DNA of 43,065 nt, taken from contig NZ_DASWTD010000411.1 of NCBI RefSeq assembly GCF_036402335.1, positions 1 to 43,065 on the forward strand, in the 5' to 3' direction. Below are positions 37,309 to 43,065 of the stretch, piece by piece. Source of the DNA: Sphingopyxis sp. GTDB lineage: Bacteria > Pseudomonadota > Alphaproteobacteria > Sphingomonadales > Sphingomonadaceae. Numbering within the stretch: the stretch's first letter is position 1; every line of letters begins with the position of its first letter. The translations under genes and the position numbers were made by a program. Below the pieces are notes generated by a model, which saw only the letters and a program-made list of their open reading frames with translations, was not told the DNA's origin and did no database searches.

Positions 37309-38660
37309 TGAGCGCCGCGCCGCCCCCCACCGCCGGCCAGCTCGCCCGCTTCTCCGCGGTCGCGGTGCCGCTTGCCGCCGCCGGACTCCCTCTCGGCGTG
37401 TACCTCCCCGCCATCTATGCGCGCGATTATGGCCTGTCGCTGACGGTGATCGGCGTCATCTTCCTGCTCGGCCGATTGTGGGACGCCATCGCCGATCCGG
37501 TGATGGGGTCGCTCAGCGACCGGACGCGCAGCATCTATGGGCGGCGCAAGCCGTGGATCGCGGCGGGCGGGGTCGTCTTCGGCCTGTCGTCGATCTTTCT
37601 CTTCTTTCCGCCATTCGGGGTGACGCCCCTCTCGCTCGGGCTCGTGCTCTTCTTTTTCTACCTCGGCTGGACCGCGGTGCAGATCCCGTTCCAGGCATGG
37701 TCGGGCGAAGTGTCGGGCGACTATCACCAGCGCACGCGGATCGCGACCTACCAGACCGTCGTGACCTCGTCGGCCTTGCTGCTGACGCTGATCCTGCCGA
37801 CGATCGCCGACCAGCTGCGCCCCGGCGACGGGCATCTGCAGCTGTCGCTGATGGGCGGACTGGTTTTGCTGTCGATCGTTCCGGCGCTTGTTCTGACGCT
37901 GACGGCGCTCAAGGAACCGCCGCTGCCGCCGCTTCCGGTCGGCAAGCCGAGCCTCAAGGACACGATCCGCGCGATCACCGGCGAGCCGCTGCTGCTGCGC
38001 GTGCTTGCTTCCGATTTCGCGGTGACCCTCGCGCAGAATATCCGCGCCGCGCTGATCGTCTTTTTCGTGACCTTCTATATGGGCCGCCCCGAATGGGCAG
38101 GCGGCCTGTTCCTGTTCCAGTTCGTCTTCGGCATCTTTGCTGGACCGATCTGGCTCAAGATCGGGCGCCGCTACGGCAAGCACCGCACCGCCGTCGCGGG
38201 AGAGCTGGTGCAGGTGGTCATCAACCTGTCGCTGCTGCTCGTCACCCCCGACACCTTCCCGCTGCTGCTCGCGCTGACGCTGGCGCAGGGGCTGGCGCAG
38301 GGTTCGGGCAACCTGATGCTCCGCGCCATCGTCGCCGACGTCGCCGACAAGCATCGTCTCGACAGCGGCGAGGATCGCACCGGGCTGTATTATTCGGTGT
38401 TCAGCCTGGCCGGGAAGACCGCGACCGCGGTGGCCATCGGCATCGCGCTGCCGCTCGTCAGCTGGCTGGGCTTCGATCCCAAGGGCGTCAACAGCCCCGA
38501 GGCGCTGACCGGCCTGCTCCTCGTCTTCGCTCTTGGCCCCGCCATCGCCCACGCCTTGTCCGCCGCCCTCATTGCGCGCTTCCCGCTCGACGAGGCGGCA
38601 CACGCCGAAATTCGCCGACAGCTCGATCCCGGACCGCCGGACTATGCCTTCGCCGAATGA
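37308..38660 (+). CDS. MFS transporter (GPH/MelB-like family)
   Basis: RLWDAIADPVMGSLSDRTRSIYGRRKPW; about 12 TM segments; TGATG overlap with the TBDR. Confidence 0.9.
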   Translation: MSAAPPPTAGQLARFSAVAVPLAAAGLPLGVYLPAIYARDYGLSLTVIGVIFLLGRLWDAIADPVMGSLSDRTRSIYGRRKPWIAAGGVVFGLSSIFLFFPPFGVTPLSLGLVLFFFYLGWTAVQIPFQAWSGEVSGDYHQRTRIATYQTVVTSSALLLTLILPTIADQLRPGDGHLQLSLMGGLVLLSIVPALVLTLTALKEPPLPPLPVGKPSLKDTIRAITGEPLLLRVLASDFAVTLAQNIRAALIVFFVTFYMGRPEWAGGLFLFQFVFGIFAGPIWLKIGRRYGKHRTAVAGELVQVVINLSLLLVTPDTFPLLLALTLAQGLAQGSGNLMLRAIVADVADKHRLDSGEDRTGLYYSVFSLAGKTATAVAIGIALPLVSWLGFDPKGVNSPEALTGLLLVFALGPAIAHALSAALIARFPLDEAAHAEIRRQLDPGPPDYAFAE

Positions 38661-38697
38661 CCACGCCTGCCAACCCGTAACCCCAAGGAGACTGACA

Positions 38698-39651
38698 ATG
38701 ACGGACCTTCATAACAGCTATGCCAATGCGCGCGACAAGGGCATCGACCTCGACGTCACCCCGGTGACCGGCACGATCGGTGCGATCGTGAACGGCGTCC
38801 AGCTGTCGGGCGACCTGCCCGCTGCGACGGTGCAGGCCATCCAGGCGGCGCTCGTGCGGCACAAGGTGCTGTTCTTCCGCGACCAGCAGCATCTGACCGA
38901 TCAGGAGCATGAGGATTTTGCCGCCCAGCTCGGCGATCCGATCGCGCACCCGACGGTGCCGGTCGCCGAAGGGTCGCGCTATCTGCTCGAGCTCGACAGC
39001 CGCGAAGGCTATGCCGCGTCGAGCTGGCACACCGACGTGACCTTCGTCGATGCCTACCCCAAGGCATCGATCCTGCGCGCGCTCACCATCCCGGAGGCGG
39101 GCGGAGATACGCAGTGGGCGAACGGCGAGACGGCCTATGAAGGTCTGCCCGAGGTGCTGCGCCAGCTCGTCAACAATCTGTGGGCGACGCACACCAACCT
39201 CTACGACTATGCCGCAATCCTGCAGTCGGCGCCCGACAACGACACCGCGCGCGAGCGCATCGCCCAGCACCGCAACGTCTTTGCCTCGACCGTCTATGAA
39301 ACCGAACATCCCGTGGTGCGCGTGCATCCCGTCAGCGGCCAGCGCAGCCTGCTCCTCGGCCACTTCGTCAAGCAGTTCGTCGGGCTGAACGCCACCGACA
39401 GCGCGCGGCTGTTCCAGACGCTGCAGGATCACATCACCAAGCCCGAGAATGTCGTGCGCTGGCGCTGGCGCGAGGGCGACGTCGCGATCTGGGACAACCA
39501 GGCGACCCAGCACCGCGCGACCGCCGACTTCGGACTCCAGCGCCGGACGCTGCGCCGTGCGACGATCGCGGGTGAAATCCCGGTTTCGATCGACGGACGC
39601 AAGAGCCGCACCGTGCGCAAGGACAAAGCGGTTCAATACGAACCGGCGTGA
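38698..39651 (+). CDS. TauD/AtsK-type Fe(II)/2-oxoglutarate dioxygenase (alkylsulfatase/sulfonate)
   Basis: HKVLFFRDQ, WHTDVTF (HxD), HPVVRVHP, WDNQATQH; AAGGAG SD. Confidence 0.9.
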   Translation: MTDLHNSYANARDKGIDLDVTPVTGTIGAIVNGVQLSGDLPAATVQAIQAALVRHKVLFFRDQQHLTDQEHEDFAAQLGDPIAHPTVPVAEGSRYLLELDSREGYAASSWHTDVTFVDAYPKASILRALTIPEAGGDTQWANGETAYEGLPEVLRQLVNNLWATHTNLYDYAAILQSAPDNDTARERIAQHRNVFASTVYETEHPVVRVHPVSGQRSLLLGHFVKQFVGLNATDSARLFQTLQDHITKPENVVRWRWREGDVAIWDNQATQHRATADFGLQRRTLRRATIAGEIPVSIDGRKSRTVRKDKAVQYEPA

Positions 39652-39700
39652 CGAATTCGGCCGGCGCCCGACTCCTCTCCCTCTTGCGCTGGTCCAGACT

Positions 39701-39738
39701 GCGGCGCGCCCGGGTTTCATTCGCCCGCGGCGCGCTGC
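39701..39738 (+). other. GC-rich intergenic hairpin
   Basis: GCGGCGCGCCCGGG...CCCGCGGCGCGCTGC between the dioxygenase and the sulfatase. Confidence 0.4.
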
Positions 39739-39762
39739 CCTTCCTTTATGAGGACGCCCCCC

Positions 39763-41403
39763 ATGAAACATCTTGTGCCGTTGCTGATCGCCCTTTTCGT
39801 CGCCGTCCCGTCCGCGCAGGCGAAGGAGCGGCGGCCGAATCTGCTTGTGATCGTTGCGGACGATCTCGGCTATTCGGACCTCGGCGCGTTCGGCGGCGAG
39901 ATCGCGACGCCGAACCTCGACCGGCTCGCGCTCGGCGGCATCCGTCTCGCGGGATTTCACACCGCGCCGACCTGTTCGCCGACGCGTTCGATGCTGCTTT
40001 CGGGCACCGACAATCATCTGGCCGGGCTCGGTACGATGGCGGAAATGATCCGGCCGAACCAGCAGGGCAAGCCCGGCTACGAAGGTTATCTGCGCAGCGA
40101 CGTCGCGACGCTCGCCGAGCGGCTGCGGGAAGGCGGTTACCGGACGCTCTTTTCGGGCAAGTGGCACCTTGGGCTGACCGAAGAACAGGATCCTTTCGCG
40201 CGCGGTTTCCAGCGCAGCTTTGCGCTTGCGCAGGGCGGGCACAATCATTTCGGGACCGATGCCGGCATCGAGCCACCGGATGGCACGACCTATCGGGACA
40301 ATGGCAAGCGGGTCCGGCGCCTGCCCGGGGATTTCTATTCGAGCGACTATTTTGCGACGCGTCTCATCGATTTCCTGGGCGAGCGTCCCGCCGCCGGGGA
40401 GGGGAAGCAGCCCTTTTTCGCCTATCTGGCCTTTACCGCGCCGCACTGGCCGCTTCAGGCGCCGCCCGAGGATATTGCCCGTTACCGCGGGCGATACGAC
40501 GAAGGCTTCGACGTGTTGCGCGAACGGCGGCTGGCGCGGCAAATTGCGCTGGGAATCCTGCCTTCGGGCGTCGTGGCGCATGTGCCGCGCAACCGCGACG
40601 GCAGCTGGGATTCGCTGACCGCCGAGCAGAAGCGCACCGCCGCACGCAACATGGAAATCTATGCCGCGATGGTCGACCGGCTCGACCGGAATGTCGGCCG
40701 GGTGATCGCCCGGCTGCGTGCTTCGGGCGAGCTCGACAATACGGTGATCGTCTTTCTGGCCGATAATGGCGCCGAGGCGCTCGATGCCGAGACCACCGGC
40801 GCGGCGATGCTCGCAAAGCGGCTCGAGGGCGCCGACAACGGTTTCGCCAATCGCGGGGCAGCGTCGTCCTACATCACTTATGGCGCCGGCTGGGCGCAGG
40901 CCGCCACGGCGCCTTCGTGGCTGACCAAAGGCTATCAGACCGAAGGCGGCACGCGCGTCGTTGCCTTCATCAGCGGCGCCGGTATTCCGCAGCGCAAGGG
41001 CGCCGATACGCAGTTCCTCTCCGTCGTCGACATCGCCCCGACCCTGCTCGAACTCGCCGGGGTCGATCCGGCGGCAACCGAGGTCGAGGGCCGGGCGGTG
41101 CGTCCGATCACCGGCCGCTCGTGGACGGCATGGCTGCGGGATCCCGGGGCCCGCATCTATGGCGCCGACGATGGCTTCGGGGCCGAGCTGTTCGGTTCGC
41201 GCGCCTATCGCCAGGGCGACTGGAAACTCACCGACATCGGCGACGGTGCCTGGCGCCTGTTCGATATCGCCCGCGACCCTGGCGAAACGCACGACCTGTC
41301 GCGCGACGAACCTGCAAGGCGCGCGGCGCTGGTCGAAGCGTGGAAGCGCTATGCGCGCGATGTCGGCGTCATTGATCCCGATTCGATCCCGTACCGGCCA
41401 TAG
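39763..41403 (+). CDS. Periplasmic Cys-type arylsulfatase (AtsA-like)
   Basis: Signal peptide; ADDLGYSD, CSPTR (CxPxR formylglycine motif), GKWHLG, TAPHWP, DNG. Confidence 0.92.
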   Translation: MKHLVPLLIALFVAVPSAQAKERRPNLLVIVADDLGYSDLGAFGGEIATPNLDRLALGGIRLAGFHTAPTCSPTRSMLLSGTDNHLAGLGTMAEMIRPNQQGKPGYEGYLRSDVATLAERLREGGYRTLFSGKWHLGLTEEQDPFARGFQRSFALAQGGHNHFGTDAGIEPPDGTTYRDNGKRVRRLPGDFYSSDYFATRLIDFLGERPAAGEGKQPFFAYLAFTAPHWPLQAPPEDIARYRGRYDEGFDVLRERRLARQIALGILPSGVVAHVPRNRDGSWDSLTAEQKRTAARNMEIYAAMVDRLDRNVGRVIARLRASGELDNTVIVFLADNGAEALDAETTGAAMLAKRLEGADNGFANRGAASSYITYGAGWAQAATAPSWLTKGYQTEGGTRVVAFISGAGIPQRKGADTQFLSVVDIAPTLLELAGVDPAATEVEGRAVRPITGRSWTAWLRDPGARIYGADDGFGAELFGSRAYRQGDWKLTDIGDGAWRLFDIARDPGETHDLSRDEPARRAALVEAWKRYARDVGVIDPDSIPYRP

Positions 41404-41496
41404 ATCAGGAGGGCGGCCCGCGCGGCGGAGAGGATATGGGTCGCTTGATCTCGTCCGCGATCGGGTTAAGGGACGACCAACCCGAAAGGTCGCCTC

Positions 41497-42954
41497 ATGA
41501 AAAACCTGTTTGCCGCTCTCGCTCCCGCCTTGTGTGTCCTTGCGTCGCCCGCGCTCGCGGCGCCGAAACCGGCGGACGTCATCATCCGGCATGCGACGGT
41601 GGTCGATGTGGAGGCGGCGAGGACGATCGCCGGGCAGGCGGTCGTGCTGAAAGGCGGCGATATCGTCGCGGTGGGTGCCGACGCGGCGATCGCGAAGGAC
41701 TGGCGCGCCGACCGGACGGTCGAGGGCAAAGGGCGCTTCCTGATCCCCGGCCTATGGGACATGCATGTCCATTTCGGCGGCGGACCGGAACTCGTCGAAG
41801 AGAATAAGGCGCTGTTGCCGCTGTATGTTGCGAACGGCATCACGACGATCCGCGATGCCTCGGGCGATTTGCCCGACCAGGTGCTCGCGTGGCGCGGCGA
41901 GATCGCGAACGGCAAGCTGTTCGGTCCGCGGCTGCTGACCTCGGGTGCGAAAATCGAGGGAATCGCGCCGGTGTGGAAAGGCACGATCGAGGTTGGCAGC
42001 GAGGCCGACGTTGACGCCGCGCTGCTACGCCTCAAGGACCGCGACAAGGTCGATTTCGTCAAGATCACCGACAGCACGCTGAAACCCGAGCTGTTCCTCT
42101 ATGCGCTTCGGCAGGCCAAGGCGCTGGGCCTTCGGACCTCGGGGCATATACCGATGGCGCTCACGACCGAGCAGGCGGTCGACGCCGGGATCAGTTCGAT
42201 CGAGCATCTCGACTATGCCTATAACGCCGGCGCGAAGGACGAAGCCGCGATCGCGGCCGATTTCGCTGCGGGACGGATCGACCGCGCCGAGGCGAACCGC
42301 CGGCTCGATGCGGGTTTCGACCGCGATACGGCGACGGCTGCTTACCGGCGCTTCGCCGCCAAGGGCGTGTCTGTCACCCCGACGCTCAACGGTAGCCGCA
42401 TCATTGCGTATCTGGACCGCGACGATCATTCGAAGGATGCGGGGCTCGCTTATATGGGCCCGAAGCTGCGCAAGACCTATGAATGGCGGATCGAGCGCGC
42501 GGCGAAAGCCGATGCGGCGGGAATCGCGGCGCGGCACAAGCAGATCGACGATGTTGCGACGATCCTGCCGATGCTTGCCGAAGCGGGCGTGCCGATCATC
42601 GCGGGGACCGACGCGGGATTCCTCAACAGCTTCAATTATCCGGGTTTCGGGCTGCACGACGAGATCGAGCTCTATACCGAAAAAGGTCTGACGCCGGCGC
42701 AGGCGCTGGCGTCGGCAACGCGCGCGGGGCCGGCATGGTTCGGCTGGCTCGACCGTTATGGCGCGATCAAGCCGGGGATGGCGGCCGACCTCGTGCTGCT
42801 GACGAAAAATCCGCTCGACGATATCGCGGCGACGCGGGCGATCGATACGGTCGTCATGCGCGGGCAGATCCATGACCGTGCCGCGCTCGACGCAATGCTC
42901 GCCGATGCGCGCGCAAGGGTGGCGGCCTGGAACGCCGGGGCAGAGGCGCGTTAG
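41497..42954 (+). CDS. Exported amidohydrolase family protein
   Basis: Signal peptide; PGLWDMHVH, SGH, IEH, AGTDAG, G.IKPGMAADLVLL. Confidence 0.88.
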   Translation: MKNLFAALAPALCVLASPALAAPKPADVIIRHATVVDVEAARTIAGQAVVLKGGDIVAVGADAAIAKDWRADRTVEGKGRFLIPGLWDMHVHFGGGPELVEENKALLPLYVANGITTIRDASGDLPDQVLAWRGEIANGKLFGPRLLTSGAKIEGIAPVWKGTIEVGSEADVDAALLRLKDRDKVDFVKITDSTLKPELFLYALRQAKALGLRTSGHIPMALTTEQAVDAGISSIEHLDYAYNAGAKDEAAIAADFAAGRIDRAEANRRLDAGFDRDTATAAYRRFAAKGVSVTPTLNGSRIIAYLDRDDHSKDAGLAYMGPKLRKTYEWRIERAAKADAAGIAARHKQIDDVATILPMLAEAGVPIIAGTDAGFLNSFNYPGFGLHDEIELYTEKGLTPAQALASATRAGPAWFGWLDRYGAIKPGMAADLVLLTKNPLDDIAATRAIDTVVMRGQIHDRAALDAMLADARARVAAWNAGAEAR

Positions 42955-43064
42955 GGGATCGTGGCGCGAGCCGCGACGCGGCCCCGCCATACCAGCCAGA
43001 GCGTGAAAATCCCCATGCCGCCCCAGATGACGTTGAGCACGGCCGACGGCAATGCACCATTATA
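42951..43064 (-). CDS. C-terminal fragment of a small membrane protein (CBU_0592-like), running in from beyond the window
   Basis: Reads YNGALPSAVLNVIWGGMGIFTLWLVWRGRVAARATIP*; its TAA overlaps the amidohydrolase TAG. Confidence 0.55.
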   Translation of the reverse strand, partial: YNGALPSAVLNVIWGGMGIFTLWLVWRGRVAARATIP

Positions 43065-43065
43065 G

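Overview
High-GC alphaproteobacterial chromosomal segment. Gene content and order suggest Sphingomonadaceae, probably Sphingopyxis-like (inference). From left to right: (1) the F1 ATP synthase operon, atpH-A-G and the start of atpD. (2) About 9 kb of accessory genes between atpH and priA: hydrolases, a membrane trypsin-like protease, DUF2306, DUF1203-ada-PEP mutase and an HExxH/TPR protein. (3) A carotenoid cluster with ParA-crtG-DUF2141 divergent from crtY-crtI-LOG-crtB, extended by pnuC and a NadR-like kinase. (4) A structured intergenic element, then metA under a SAM-I/IV-type riboswitch. (5) An acyl-CoA catabolic cluster with a pseudo-receiver regulator. (6) crcB-rluA-paiB-ATP12, a thermonuclease/wHTH divergent pair with LexA-like boxes, and tRNA-Val(TAC). 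(7) An organosulfur-scavenging operon: TonB receptor, MFS, TauD/AtsK dioxygenase, arylsulfatase and amidohydrolase. The most notable feature is the ~500-nt leader of that operon (34348-34854). It contains a pseudoknotted RNA motif, a SAM-II-like aptamer directly behind it, two mutually exclusive hairpins, and a 7-codon Met/Met/Cys leader peptide (MRMCSTS) whose SD and AUG lie inside one hairpin. This is a candidate multi-input sulfur-sensing attenuator. All calls were made by eye from motifs; no searches were run.
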